In this document: positions 51,706 to 63,231 of the stretch, one piece after another | Layout of the letters: every line of letters starts with the position of its first letter | Numbering within the stretch: position 1 is the first letter of the stretch | Made by a program: the position numbers and the translations under genes | The notes under the pieces: generated by a model | The model's input: only the letters and a program-made list of their open reading frames with translations | What the model was told of the DNA's origin: nothing | Database searches by the model: none | Source: Polyangiales bacterium | Lineage (GTDB): Bacteria; Myxococcota_A; Polyangia; Polyangiales; JADJQN01 | Length of the DNA: 64,000 bases | Reading direction: 5' to 3' | Assembly: GCA_964202905.1 (NCBI GenBank) | Contig: CAXNJO010000010.1 | Location: 1-64,000, forward strand

Positions 51706-53177
51706 GCGAGCTGCTCGAGGAAGCGCAGCGCGGTGAGCACGCCGAAGCCGGTGCCGCCCTTCGGGTAGATGCTGCGCGCGCGGTCGGCGAAGGTCGGGCC
51801 CGCGATGTCGAGGTGCGCCCACTTCGTCTTGCCCACGAACTCACGGAGGAAGAGCGCGCCGGTGATCGAGCCGCCGTACGCGTCGCCCGTGTGCTTGAGG
51901 TCGGCGATGTCGCTCTTGAGCGTCTCGCGGAGCTCGTCGGTGAGCGGCAAGCGCCAGTAGCTCTCGCCCGTGTCCTCCGCCGCGGCCGCGTACTTCTTCG
52001 CGAGCCCGTCGTCGTTCGAGAAGAGGCCCGCGGTGATGGCGCCGAGCGCGACCATGCACGCGCCGGTGAGCGTGGCGTGGTCGACGAGGTAGTCGGGCTC
52101 GAGCTCCCGGGCGTAGGCGAGCGCGTCCGCGAGGACGAGACGGCCCTCGGCGTCGGTGTTGATGATCTCCACCGTCTTGCCATCGAGCGACGGGAAGACG
52201 TCGCCCGGGCGGTAGGCGTCACCGTCCGGCATGTTCTCGACGCAGCCGAGGATGCCGTGCACCTCGAGCGGAAGACCGAGGTGCGCCGCCGCGAGCACGG
52301 TGGCGAGCGTGACGGCGGCGCCCCCCATGTCGCACTTCATCTCGATCATCGACTTCGCGGGCTTGATGCAGAGTCCGCCGGAGTCGAACGTCAGGCCCTT
52401 GCCGACGAAGACGACCTTCTTCGTGCCCTTCTTGGCCTTCTTGGGCGTGTATTTGAGGTGGACCAGGCGGGGCTTGTTCGCGCTGCCGCGGGCGACCGCG
52501 AGCAGCAGGTGCATGCCGCGCTTCTCCATCGCCTTCTCGTCGAGGATCGTGCACTCGATGCCCAGCTTGTGGGCCTCGGACTTCGCCGTCGCTGCGAACG
52601 CGATCGGGTGGAGATCGTTCGGCGGCGCGTTCACGAGATCGCGCGCGAGGTTCACACAGCCGGCGATCGCGAGGCCCTCGTCGACGGCGGCGTGGGCGTC
52701 CTTGCCGGCCTTCTCGCCGAGCAGGACGGCGATCTCGCCGAGCGCGCGCTTGGGCTTGCGCTCCCCGGTGAGGTAACGCGTGTAGCGGTAGCTCCCCGTC
52801 CCGAGGCCCTCGGCGAGCGCGCGGAGCGACCCTTCGGCCGCGCTCGGCGCGACGACCGCGAGCGTCCCGAGCCGCGCCGCGAGCTGCGAGGCCTTCACGC
52901 CGAAGGCGCGCGCGTCACGCGTGCTGACGCTCCCCGCCCCGAGCCCGATGATCGCGAGCCGCGTCGCCTTCAGGCCGTGGGGCAGCGCGACGCTCAGCGT
53001 CTCGCCGAGCCCCGCCTTGAAGCCATCCTCGGCGATGAGGCGTTGGAGCGCGCCGCCGAGCGCGTGGTCGATCGCCTTGAGCGTCGCGTCCTTGGTGAGT
53101 CGATCGGACTTGACGCCGACGGCGAGGAGATCGGCCTCGGCGACGAGCGGTGCATGCGTGGACAGAACGATCTTCAT
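51702..53177 (-). CDS. pepA: Leucyl aminopeptidase (M17)
   Basis: GKGLTFDSGG, MKCDMGG, NTDAEGRL, ATLTGAC, WAHLDIAG. Confidence 0.95.
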   Translation of the reverse strand: MKIVLSTHAPLVAEADLLAVGVKSDRLTKDATLKAIDHALGGALQRLIAEDGFKAGLGETLSVALPHGLKATRLAIIGLGAGSVSTRDARAFGVKASQLAARLGTLAVVAPSAAEGSLRALAEGLGTGSYRYTRYLTGERKPKRALGEIAVLLGEKAGKDAHAAVDEGLAIAGCVNLARDLVNAPPNDLHPIAFAATAKSEAHKLGIECTILDEKAMEKRGMHLLLAVARGSANKPRLVHLKYTPKKAKKGTKKVVFVGKGLTFDSGGLCIKPAKSMIEMKCDMGGAAVTLATVLAAAHLGLPLEVHGILGCVENMPDGDAYRPGDVFPSLDGKTVEIINTDAEGRLVLADALAYARELEPDYLVDHATLTGACMVALGAITAGLFSNDDGLAKKYAAAAEDTGESYWRLPLTDELRETLKSDIADLKHTGDAYGGSITGALFLREFVGKTKWAHLDIAGPTFADRARSIYPKGGTGFGVLTALRFLEQLA

Positions 53178-53371
53178 GTTCCTCCGGGGAGCGCGCGCTG
53201 CGGATGCCTTCGCTCGCCTCGGCGCGGCTGCCGGGCGTCGGGCCGGGCGCATCCTGCCACGCGCGCGCGGCGCGGGACAAGCCTCGTCAACGCCGCCGGC
53301 GGGCCGACGGCGGCCGCCAGCGGCGCCGCCATGTCCGGCGCGCAAGTCCGCGAACCCACGTGGTCGCGCGG

Positions 53372-53387
53372 CGGCACGCGCCCTGCT
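53372..53387 (+). promoter_or_regulatory. Probable sigma54 -24/-12 promoter
   Basis: CGGCACGCGCCCTGCT (GG-N10-GC), 54 bp before the ATG at 53442. Confidence 0.5.
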
Positions 53388-53441
53388 CGAGGCCTCTGCA
53401 CGAGCGACCGCGATGACCGCGGCGCGACACGGGAGGACTCG

Positions 53442-53726
53442 ATGGACTCGAACCACGGCTGGGGAGCGGGAGGCGGGCTCGGCACGCGCCCGGGGATGAT
53501 GATCGCGTACACCATCGTCGAGCGCGGTGAGAAGAAGTACTGGGTGCGCTGCGGCGCGGCCTTCCACAACCGCGACGGCTCGCTGAACGTGCGTCTCGAC
53601 GCGCTGCCGGTGAACGGCCAGATCCAGCTCCGCGTGTGGACGGCCGAGGACGACGCGCGGCCCCGCCGCTCGAACGGCCACGGGCACCACGACGACGCGG
53701 TCCCCGCGGATCTGCTCGCCGGCTGA
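53442..53726 (+). CDS. Small conserved beta-rich protein (94 aa), DUF736-like / putative ssDNA-binding
   Basis: GGGAGG RBS; YTIVERGEKKYWVRCGAAFHNRDGSLNVRLDALPVNGQIQLR. Hidden at the end of shadow ORF 51813-53726. Confidence 0.75.
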   Translation: MDSNHGWGAGGGLGTRPGMMIAYTIVERGEKKYWVRCGAAFHNRDGSLNVRLDALPVNGQIQLRVWTAEDDARPRRSNGHGHHDDAVPADLLAG

Positions 53727-53859
53727 GGTCACTGCGCGCGGCACGGCGCCGCGAACACTCGTGCGCGGGCAGGCCCCGCGCGATGCGTGGTGCGCGCGAT
53801 GGTCGCGGGCACCCTCGTCACGCTCGAACTAGAAAACACAGACAGCCAGGAGAATCAGG

Positions 53860-54318
53860 ATGATGAACCAGCGGAACCTGCAGAAGCCCCTCCCCTTCCT
53901 CGCCGCGGCGCTCGCGGCGCTGCTCGGCGTCGGTCTCGCCACCAGCGTCTCCGCGCAGGCGCGCCCGGCGCGGCCCGCGCCCGCGCAGGCGACGGCGCCC
54001 GCGACCGTGGGCGAAGAGGGCGTCGTGAACGTCAACGCCGCGACCGCCGACGAGCTGATGCGCCTGCCGGGCATCGGCCCCTCGAAGGCCGCGGCAATCC
54101 TCGCGCTGCGCGCGCGGCTCAACGGCCAGCGCTTCGGGCGGGTCGAGGACCTGCTTCGGGTGCGCGGAATCGGCCGCGCGACCCTGCGCAAGCTGCGCCC
54201 GCTGATGGCGCTGAGCGGACCGACCACGTACGTCGAGCGGACCCGAGGGGCGGCGCGGCGCCCGGCCGGCAACGAGGGCGGCGACGGCGGCGAGGCGCTC
54301 GACGAAGCCGGCGAGTGA
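53860..54318 (+). CDS. comEA: ComEA-family helix-hairpin-helix DNA-binding protein
   Basis: Signal peptide; VNVNAATADELMRLPGIGPSKAAAI...VEDLLRVRGIG. Confidence 0.9.
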   Translation: MMNQRNLQKPLPFLAAALAALLGVGLATSVSAQARPARPAPAQATAPATVGEEGVVNVNAATADELMRLPGIGPSKAAAILALRARLNGQRFGRVEDLLRVRGIGRATLRKLRPLMALSGPTTYVERTRGAARRPAGNEGGDGGEALDEAGE

Positions 54319-54502
54319 CGCACCTCCACCGCGCGTGACAGGTGGCCGGAGCGCGTTCCCCTCCGCGGGGTGCGCGCTTCGGCGCCGGTCAGCAACCCAC
54401 GTCCCTTTCGCGACGCGGCGCCGGGCGCGACGCGGCGGGCCCTCCGAGGGGACGGTCACGCACGCCCCGGCGCCGCGGCCGCGCGTGCTAGCTTCGCGCG
54501 CG

Positions 54503-54991
54503 ATGACGGACACGGTGATCCGGCGCGCGCATCGGGGCGATCTCGCGCAGGTCCTTCGCTTCCATCACGCGCTCTACATCGCGCACCGCGACGCGATCAT
54601 GCCGGCCGCCCTCGCCGACTTCTACGCGTACCGCCGCTTCCCCGAGGCGCTCCGCGACGACGTGGACGCGCTGCTGCGATCGCCGCGGTCGGTCGTCCTC
54701 CTCGCCGAGCGCGCGGGAGAGGCGGTCGGCTACGTCACGGGGCACCACGAAGACGACGACGAGCGGCGCGTGCTGCGTCGCAAGGGCATCGTCGAGGACT
54801 GGTACGTCGCCCCGGAAGCGCGTGGCGCAGGGCTCGGCGCGCTGCTGCTCGAGGCGCTCGCGGAGGCCTTCCGCGCGGCGGGGTGCGAGGTGCTCGAGTC
54901 GGCAACCTGGCCCTTCAACGCCGGGGCGCGGCGCGCGCACGAGGCGCTCGGATTCCAGGAGATCGAGGTCAAGTACCGTCGCCGGCTCTGA
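54503..54991 (+). CDS. GNAT-family N-acetyltransferase
   Basis: YVAPEARGAGLGALL acetyl-CoA motif, N..ARRAHEALGF. Confidence 0.88.
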   Translation: MTDTVIRRAHRGDLAQVLRFHHALYIAHRDAIMPAALADFYAYRRFPEALRDDVDALLRSPRSVVLLAERAGEAVGYVTGHHEDDDERRVLRRKGIVEDWYVAPEARGAGLGALLLEALAEAFRAAGCEVLESATWPFNAGARRAHEALGFQEIEVKYRRRL

Positions 54992-55101
54992 AGGCGGGCG
55001 GGCGGGGCAAGGCGGGGGCGCGGCCGCGCGCGGTCCGGCCGCGTCGCGAATCGAGGTTGGTCAGGTGTGCGCGCCGCCCGCCGCGCATGGGCGGCTCGTC
55101 G

Positions 55102-55768
55102 TCAGGCAGTCGGTGCGCGCTCGAGGGACGCGAGCGCCTCGAGCACGGGCGCGAGCGCGGCGCGCTTCAGCTTGAAGGCGGCGCGGTTCGCGACCACCAC
55201 GCTCGAGACGTCGCAGACGTGCTCGGTCACGACGAGCCCGTTTTGCCGGAGCGTCTCGCCGCTCTCGACGAGATCGACGATGACGTCGGCGAGCCCGGTG
55301 ACCGGCGCGAGCTCGACCGAGCCCTGCACGTAGATGATCTCGACGTTTCGGCCGCTCGCGAGGAAGTGCCGGGCGGCGATGTTCGCGAACTTCGTCGCGA
55401 CGCGGAGCGGCTCGCGCGGCGGCGCCGGTCTCGGCAGGCCCGCGACGACCATCTTGCAGATGCCGATGCCGAGGTCGATGGGCGCGTAGAGGTCGTACTC
55501 GCGCTCGAGCAGCACGTCGCGCCCGACCACACCGAGATCGGCGACGCCGAACTCCACGTAGGTCGGGACGTCGTCGGGCTTCAGCAGCAGGAAGCGCAGC
55601 CCGGTGCGCGGGTCTTCGCGCACGAGGCGGCGATCGTCGGCGAGGAGCGTCTGCGGATCGACGCCCATCGTCGCGAGGCGCGGCGCGAGCTGCTTGAGCA
55701 CGCGGCCTTTCGGGACGGCGACCGTGACGGTGGCGCCCCCCCCGGCCGCCGCGACGGACCGCACGGAC

Positions 55769-55776
<8 letters not shown>
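55102..55776 (-). CDS. hisG: ATP phosphoribosyltransferase (short form)
   Basis: [54 protein letters not shown]. Confidence 0.95.
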
Positions 55777-57034
<1,258 letters not shown>

Positions 57035-57083
57035 GCGCGCTGCGTAACCCAGACGCGCAAGCGCATCAAGGACGCGCGCGCCC

Positions 57084-57740
57084 TCAGGCGAGCGCGAGCC
57101 CCGCGACGAACGCCGCGAAGCCGATGGCCATGATCGCCCCGAAACGTCGCGCCTCGGGCACGCGGAGCCGCGCCTCGTCGTCCACGCCGCGCCGGAGGAG
57201 GCCGAGCGCGCCGCCGATCCATGCCGCGAAGCCAGCGAGGAGCAGGAGCACCGGGAGGCGCGCCGGATCCGCGGCGCGCGCGCGCTCGAGGGCGCGGAGG
57301 TAGGCCTGCTCGCGCGCCGCACGTCCGACGGCTGCGTCGACAGGGGGTGGGTCGTCCGCGGCGAGCGCGGCGAGGTGCGCGTCGGCCTCGGTGAGCGCGG
57401 CGTCGTGCGGCACGTACAGCGACCGCGACGCGAGCACGGCCGCGTGCACGGCGCGCCACGCCGCGAGGGCCCGTGCCGTCTCGCCCGCGGACTCGGACTC
57501 CCGCGCGATCGCGGCGAGGGCGCGGAGCGACGCGGCGACGTGCGGACTCCCGGGCACGTAGAGCCGCGCAGCCCGCCGGTAGTGGACGATCGCGCCGTCG
57601 AGGTCCCCCGACGCACGCAGCTGCTCGGCGCGCGCATGCTCGTCGTGCGAGGCCGCGAGCACCCGCACCGCGAGCAGCACGAGCAGCGCGGCGACGACCA
57701 CGGACGCGCGCCCGACGAGGCGCGCCGCGGGCCCGCTCAC
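57084..57740 (-). CDS. Hypothetical membrane protein with TPR-like helices
   Basis: N-terminal [14 protein letters not shown], two C-terminal TM helices; overlaps the upstream permease stop. Confidence 0.65.
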   Translation of the reverse strand: MSGPAARLVGRASVVVAALLVLLAVRVLAASHDEHARAEQLRASGDLDGAIVHYRRAARLYVPGSPHVAASLRALAAIARESESAGETARALAAWRAVHAAVLASRSLYVPHDAALTEADAHLAALAADDPPPVDAAVGRAAREQAYLRALERARAADPARLPVLLLLAGFAAWIGGALGLLRRGVDDEARLRVPEARRFGAIMAIGFAAFVAGLALA

Positions 57741-58648
57741 GTGAGATCCCGGCGGCGGAACACGAACACGCCGAGCGCGAGGAGCGCCGTGGCGTAGAGC
57801 AGCGCATAGCTGAGCGACGTCGCGAGGTAGCCGAGCACCGGCCCCTCGACGACGCGCCGCGAGGGGACGAAGAGGTTCAGGTTGGGGACCACGTTCGCGA
57901 GGGCGTGCATCAGCTCGCGCACCTCGACCGGCACCGTCCGCGATTTGATCGTGGCGAGCTCGTCCGCCGAGCGGCCGACGAGCCAGACGCCGAACGTGAG
58001 CGCGCCGGTGAGGAACGGCGTCGAGAACGACGAGAAGAGCATCGCGACCGCGGCGACGACGAGCACCTCGCCGAGGCTGAGCGCGAAGCGGGCGAGCGGC
58101 GGCGCGAGGGGCACGCCCACCGACGCCGCGAGCGCGGCCGCGGCCGCGAGCAGGCCGAGCGCGACCGGCAGCAGCGCCGCCGTGCGATCCTTCGCGCGCC
58201 AGACGAGCACGCCGGCGAGCCCCGCCGCGAGCACGGGCCCGAGGCCCAGCACGAGCGTCATCGACCCGCGCTGCACGGCCATCACCCAGAGCTGCACGGC
58301 CCCCATCAGCGCGACGAAGACCGACGCGGTGAGCGCGATGCCGAGGTATTTCCCGACGAGGAACTCCGCGCGCGCGATGGGCTTCGGGAGGATGACGTAG
58401 AGCGTCTTGCGCTCGATCTCTTTGTAGAGGAGCGACGAGCCGAGGAAGATGGCGATCACCACCGAAAAGAGCGAGATGCTCGCGTAGCCGAGGTCCGCGA
58501 CCACGCGCCGCTGTTCGCCGAGCGAGAGTTCGCCGAGCGCGAGCGAGAAGAGCAGGTTGAAGACGGAGAAGCCGAGCACCCCGTAGAGCACCCGATCACG
58601 GATGGCTTCACGGAAGGTGTTGAGCGCGATCGCGTACGTGCGGAGCAT
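57737..58648 (-). CDS. ABC-2 type transporter permease
   Basis: IALNTFREAIRDRVLY, KEIERKTLYVILPKPIARAEFLVGKYLG, ends FRRRDL. Confidence 0.88.
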   Translation of the reverse strand: MLRTYAIALNTFREAIRDRVLYGVLGFSVFNLLFSLALGELSLGEQRRVVADLGYASISLFSVVIAIFLGSSLLYKEIERKTLYVILPKPIARAEFLVGKYLGIALTASVFVALMGAVQLWVMAVQRGSMTLVLGLGPVLAAGLAGVLVWRAKDRTAALLPVALGLLAAAAALAASVGVPLAPPLARFALSLGEVLVVAAVAMLFSSFSTPFLTGALTFGVWLVGRSADELATIKSRTVPVEVRELMHALANVVPNLNLFVPSRRVVEGPVLGYLATSLSYALLYATALLALGVFVFRRRDLT

Positions 58649-58650
58649 GG

Positions 58651-59364
58651 TCAGTCCCCGGTGCCGGTGTCGCCGACGAGCTGCGAGCGCGTGCGCTCGC
58701 CGAAGAGCGCGCGACCCACGGCGAAGTGGCTCGTGACGTCGAGCAGCGCGAGCCAGACCGCGAAGGCGACGAGCCCGCTCAGCGCCCGCGCGAACAGCAA
58801 CTGCCCGTCGCGCCGCACGAGCCCGAGGGTGACGAGCGCCGCGGGCACGCCCTGCCCCGCGTGGAGGCAGACGGCCGCGAGCCCGACGGAGGCGAGCGCG
58901 ATGGAGGCAGGCGTGCCCGCCCGGAGCGAGAGCGTCTCGTAGACCTGCGCGGACGCACCGCCCCGCCAGAGGGGCACCGTCAGCGCCGCGAGGTGCGTGG
59001 CGAGGTAGCCCGCGGTGAGCACGCCCGTCACGCCCTGCAGCGTGCGCAGCCCCGCGCTCCCATAGGGCGCGGGGCCCGATGGAGAGGCGGCCGGCTCGCC
59101 CGCGCGCCCCGCCCAGCGCGCGAGGCCGAGCGCCGCGTGCACGACAAGCGGGGCCAGCACGAGCGCCGCCTTCACGGCGAGCCACGGGCGCGTGGTCGTC
59201 GCCTCGAGGCGCGCCCCGAACGCCGCGCGCCCCGCGAGGGCGGGCCAGGTCTCGGCCACGTGGAGCAGCAGGTAGCCCGCGAGCGGGAAGGCGCCGAGCG
59301 CGGCCTGCACGCGCGCGAGCCGTCGCGCGGCGAGCGGGGCTGCGGGTTCGGTGCGCGGCGCCAT
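58651..59364 (-). CDS. Succinate dehydrogenase cytochrome b558 (SdhC)-like membrane protein
   Basis: GAFPLAGYLLLH, PLVVHAALG, LQGVTGV...LATH, VCLHAGQG...LG: a five-TM pattern with four TM His residues. Confidence 0.65.
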   Translation of the reverse strand: MAPRTEPAAPLAARRLARVQAALGAFPLAGYLLLHVAETWPALAGRAAFGARLEATTTRPWLAVKAALVLAPLVVHAALGLARWAGRAGEPAASPSGPAPYGSAGLRTLQGVTGVLTAGYLATHLAALTVPLWRGGASAQVYETLSLRAGTPASIALASVGLAAVCLHAGQGVPAALVTLGLVRRDGQLLFARALSGLVAFAVWLALLDVTSHFAVGRALFGERTRSQLVGDTGTGD

Positions 59365-59624
59365 CGGGGGACGGATGGTCCGTGGCCGCGGCGACGCGGT
59401 CAAGTCTCGCTCCGGACGTCGGTCGCGAACTCCCGACGCGTCCGGCGGATGCGCCGTGGGCGGTGTCCGCCCGCCCGGGTGACCGACGCGCGAGGCCCTG
59501 CGTCCCGCGCGCCGCGCCGCGGGCCGATGCGCGCTTGTCCGCTGCGGGCCGAGGCGTTAGCTTCGCCCGCGATGCGCCCGCTCCGAGGCCAGCACCGCGC
59601 GCGGCGCCTGCGTCAGGTCCACGC

Positions 59625-60566
59625 GTGACCGCGCCGGGCTTCCTGCTGCTCGCGAACCCGGCCGCGGGCGCAGGGCGCGCACGGGCGCGGCTCGCCGGCC
59701 TCGAGCGCCTGCTGCGTGCACGCGGCGCGCGGTTCGAGGTCGCGACCACCGATCGCCGCGGTCACGCGACGGACCTGACGCGGCGAGCGCTCGCGCGGGG
59801 CGTCGCAGGCGTCGCGGTGCTCGGCGGCGACGGCACGTTCAACGAGGCGGTCAACGGCTTCTTCGGGCCGGACGGCGCACGCCTCGGCGAGGGCGCGTGG
59901 CTCGCGCCGCTGCCCGCGGGGACGGGCGGCGATTTCCGGCGCGCGGCCGCGCTGCGCGACGATCTGCCCGGCATGGTCGACGTGCTGCTCGGCACGGCGG
60001 CCCGCCCGATCGATTGCGGCTGGCTGTCCTTCGTCGACGACGATGGCGCGCCGCGGCAGCGCGCCTTTCTCAACATCGCGAGTTTCGGCATGGGCGGCGT
60101 CGTCGATCGCGCCGTGAACCGCGCGCCGAAGTGGCTCGGCGGGCGCGCGACCTTCTTCCTCGGCACGCTGCACGGGCTGCGTACGTACACGAACCGGCCC
60201 GTGCGCGTCGTGCTCGACGACGGCCCGCCGCGCGAGACCGAGGTCGTGAACTTCGCGGTCGCGAACGGCCGCTTTTTCGGCGGCGGGATGCAGATCGCGC
60301 CCGACGCCGCGCTCGACGACGGCCTCTTCGACGTCGTCGGCCTCGAGCGCATGACGAAGCGCGAGACGATGGCGCTCTCCCGCACGATCTACCGGGGCGC
60401 GCACCTCGGCACACGCGGCGTCACCGTCGCGCGGGCGCGGCGGGTCCACGCCGAGCCGCTCGACCCGCGCGGCGAACCCGTGCTCCTCGACGTCGACGGC
60501 GAGGCGCCCGGCCGCCTGCCCGCGACGTTCGAGATGCGCGCCGGCGCGCTCCTGCTCCGCGCGTGA
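59625..60566 (+). CDS. Diacylglycerol/lipid kinase family protein (YegS/DgkB-like)
   Basis: NPAAG, GGDGTFNEAVNG, PAGTGGDF, NGRFFGGGM, DVDGE. Confidence 0.9.
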   Translation: MTAPGFLLLANPAAGAGRARARLAGLERLLRARGARFEVATTDRRGHATDLTRRALARGVAGVAVLGGDGTFNEAVNGFFGPDGARLGEGAWLAPLPAGTGGDFRRAAALRDDLPGMVDVLLGTAARPIDCGWLSFVDDDGAPRQRAFLNIASFGMGGVVDRAVNRAPKWLGGRATFFLGTLHGLRTYTNRPVRVVLDDGPPRETEVVNFAVANGRFFGGGMQIAPDAALDDGLFDVVGLERMTKRETMALSRTIYRGAHLGTRGVTVARARRVHAEPLDPRGEPVLLDVDGEAPGRLPATFEMRAGALLLRA

Positions 60567-60588
60567 GACACGCGTACCGGATGCGCCC

Positions 60589-62140
60589 GTGAACCGACTC
60601 GTCCACCGCCTCCGCGCCGCACGTCCGTGGGTGTTCGCCGCGCTCGCCGGCGTGCTCTACGCGCTCTCCGGCCCGCCGACGGAGCTCGGCGTCTTCGCGT
60701 TCTGCGCGGGGCCCTTCCTGCTCGCGGCCGTCGAGGAGGCGCGCACGCCGACGCGCGCGGCGTACGTCGCGGCGCTCGCCGGCTTCAGCTGCAACGTCAT
60801 CGTGCTCGGCTGGGTCGTGGGGCTGCTCGAGACCTTCGCGTACATGCCGCTCGTCGCCGCGCTGCCCATCGCCCTGCTGCTCTGGGCCGCGCAGTCGCTG
60901 CCCTTCTTCGCGGCGGGCGCCGTGACCTCCGCGCTCTCCGCGCGCGGCGTCGGGGCGCGGGGCGCCGCGCCGGCGTGGCTCGTGCTGCCGTTCGCGCTCT
61001 CGGCCGCGACGGTGCTCGTGCCCGCGATCTTCCCGTGGAACGTCGGCGCCGCGACGCTGCCGCTCCTCGCCTACGCGCAGCACGCCGAGCTCGGGGGCAT
61101 CGCGCTCGTCGACCTGACGCTCATGCTCGCCGGTGGCGGCCTGCTCGCCGCCGCGCGCGCGCTCCCTGCGCGCCGCCCGCGCCCCGCTCGTCGTGGGCCT
61201 GCTCGCGCTCGTCGTCCCCTTCGCGTACGGCGGCGTGCGGATCGCGCAGCTCGAGGCCGCGCGCGAAGCGGCGCCGCCGGTGCGCGTCGGCGTCGTGCAG
61301 CCGAACATCGGCATCTTCGAGAAGCACGACCCCTCGCTGCGCCGCGGACACCTCGCGCTGCTGCGCCGCATGACGGGGAGGCTCGAGCGCGACGGCGCGG
61401 AGCTCGTCGTCTGGCCGGAGACGGCCTATCCGTACTTCGTGTCGCGCGAGCCCACCGCGCAGGGCGACGGCTTCGTCGCGGCGCGGGGCACGGAGATCAA
61501 GGGGCCGCTGCTCGTCGGCGCGATCACGACGGACGGCGAGGCCCGCTTCAACTCCGCGATCGGCGTCGACGCCGACGGCCGCATCGCGGGCATCGCGGAC
61601 AAGGTCGAGCTGCTCGCGTTCGGCGAATACGTGCCGCTCTGGGACTGGCTGCCACCGCTCCGCACGTACTTCCCGTCGCGCGGGATCACGCCGGGCACAG
61701 CGCCGCGCGTGCTCACCGTCGCGGGACGCCGCGTCGCCGTCCTCAACTGCTACGAGGACGTGCTGCCGGGCTACGCGCGGCAGCTCGCGGCGTTCGCGCC
61801 GGCGCCCGACTTCTTCGTCAACGTCACCAACGACGCGTGGTTCGGCGACACGGCCGAGCCGCACCTCCACAACCACGTCGCCCGCCTCCGCGCGATCGAG
61901 ACGCGGCGCGACCTCGTGCGCGCCGTGAACACGGGCGTCAGCGCCCACATCTCGGCGACGGGCGAGGCGCTCGTGCGCACGCAGACCTTCATCCAGACGT
62001 CGTTCGTCGCGGACGTGCGCGTGCTCGACGGCGCGACGCCGTACACGCGCTTCGGCGATCTGCTCACGCCGTGCGGCTGCGCGCTGCTGCTCGCGCTCGC
62101 CGTCCGCGCCGCGCTCGAACGGCGCGCGCGTCTCCGCTGA
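60589..62140 (+). CDS. lnt: Apolipoprotein N-acyltransferase (frameshift near 61170, probably an error)
   Basis: Multi-TM N-terminal half with FPW; second frame carries VQPNI, VWPETA, K..L.AFGEYVP, NCYE and NVTNDAWFG. Confidence 0.92.
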
Positions 62141-62203
62141 GCAAGCGCATCGGGGAACGCTCCGGCGCGCCGCACGCCCCGAGAGGAGCGTGCGCGCCGT
62201 GCC

Positions 62204-63166
62204 TCAACGGCGCGGCGGATGCACCGCGTACAGGCGCCCGATCTCGCGCGCGTCCGCGAAGGTCTCGGCGCCGAGGCGGGCGAAGAACACCGAGGCGGCC
62301 TGGAGCGCGGCGAGCACGAGGCCCTCCGGCCCGCTGCGCCGCACGGCCCAGACCGCGCGGTCCTGCGCCGCGTCGAGCGTGCGCTCGGTGAGGTCGGTGG
62401 GCGCCGGGACGCGGGCGATCTCGAGCGCCTTCGCGAGCGCCTGGTGCGCGAGCGCGAGCACCGCGATGCGCTCGTCGAAGTCGCCACCTTCCATCTCGCG
62501 CCAGCGCGCCTTGCGCGGGCTCATCTGGCCGAGCACCGCGCGGAAGGCGTTCACCGCGTAGACCGCGGCGAGGCGACGGCGCTCCTCGTGGAGATCACGC
62601 AGGATGGCAAACGGATCGGCGCGACCCGCGTCGTCGGAGTGCTTCGCGATGATGCCGTTCACGAGGCTGAGGTGCGCCTCCGCGGAGAGGACCTCGTCCC
62701 ACGCGAAGACGGCGCGCAGGTCGCGCGGCGCGCTGCTGTAGCGCTCGAAGGACACGGCGAAGTCCTGGTCGGCTGCGATCCGCTCGACGACGATCGCGCC
62801 CCACGCGCCAGTGAGACGATCGACGAGCGTGTCGGCCGGTGCGACCACCGACTGCGCCTTCACGGGCTTCGCCGCGGCGGCCTTCGCGGCGGCGCCCTCG
62901 TTCGCGGTGTGCACGCGGATGGCACCCTTCCCGGCTGCGCGCGTCTCGGCCGCACGCCCCGCGGCTGCGCGCTTCTCGGCCGCCCGACCCACGGCGGCGC
63001 GCGTCTCCGCGGCAGGCGACGCCGCAGCACGGCCCGCTGCAGCCGGGGCCGCGCGGCGCGCCGCGTCACCGCGCGCCTTCGGACGCGCCGCTCCGTCGCG
63101 CGACTGGCCGCGCCGTGCGTCGTCACTTCCCTTGCCGCGCTTCGCCCCCGGGTCGGTCGCTCGCAT
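62204..63166 (-). CDS. Hypothetical protein with basic Ala/Arg/Lys-rich repeat N-terminus
   Basis: Directly downstream of the NAD kinase gene; low-complexity N-terminus and helical C-terminal domain. Start uncertain. Confidence 0.6.
   Translation of the reverse strand: MRATDPGAKRGKGSDDARRGQSRDGAARPKARGDAARRAAPAAAGRAAASPAAETRAAVGRAAEKRAAAGRAAETRAAGKGAIRVHTANEGAAAKAAAAKPVKAQSVVAPADTLVDRLTGAWGAIVVERIAADQDFAVSFERYSSAPRDLRAVFAWDEVLSAEAHLSLVNGIIAKHSDDAGRADPFAILRDLHEERRRLAAVYAVNAFRAVLGQMSPRKARWREMEGGDFDERIAVLALAHQALAKALEIARVPAPTDLTERTLDAAQDRAVWAVRRSGPEGLVLAALQAASVFFARLGAETFADAREIGRLYAVHPPRR
62931..63020. repeat. 3 x 30-bp coding tandem repeat (AAE[T/K]RAA.GR)
   Basis: Units start at 62931, 62961 and 62991. 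Confidence 0.7.
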
Positions 63167-63231
63167 CGCAGACGAGAATGCCGGATCGTGCGCGGCCGTG
63201 CCAGCGGAAGGGGCGCGCCGCGCGCACGCCG

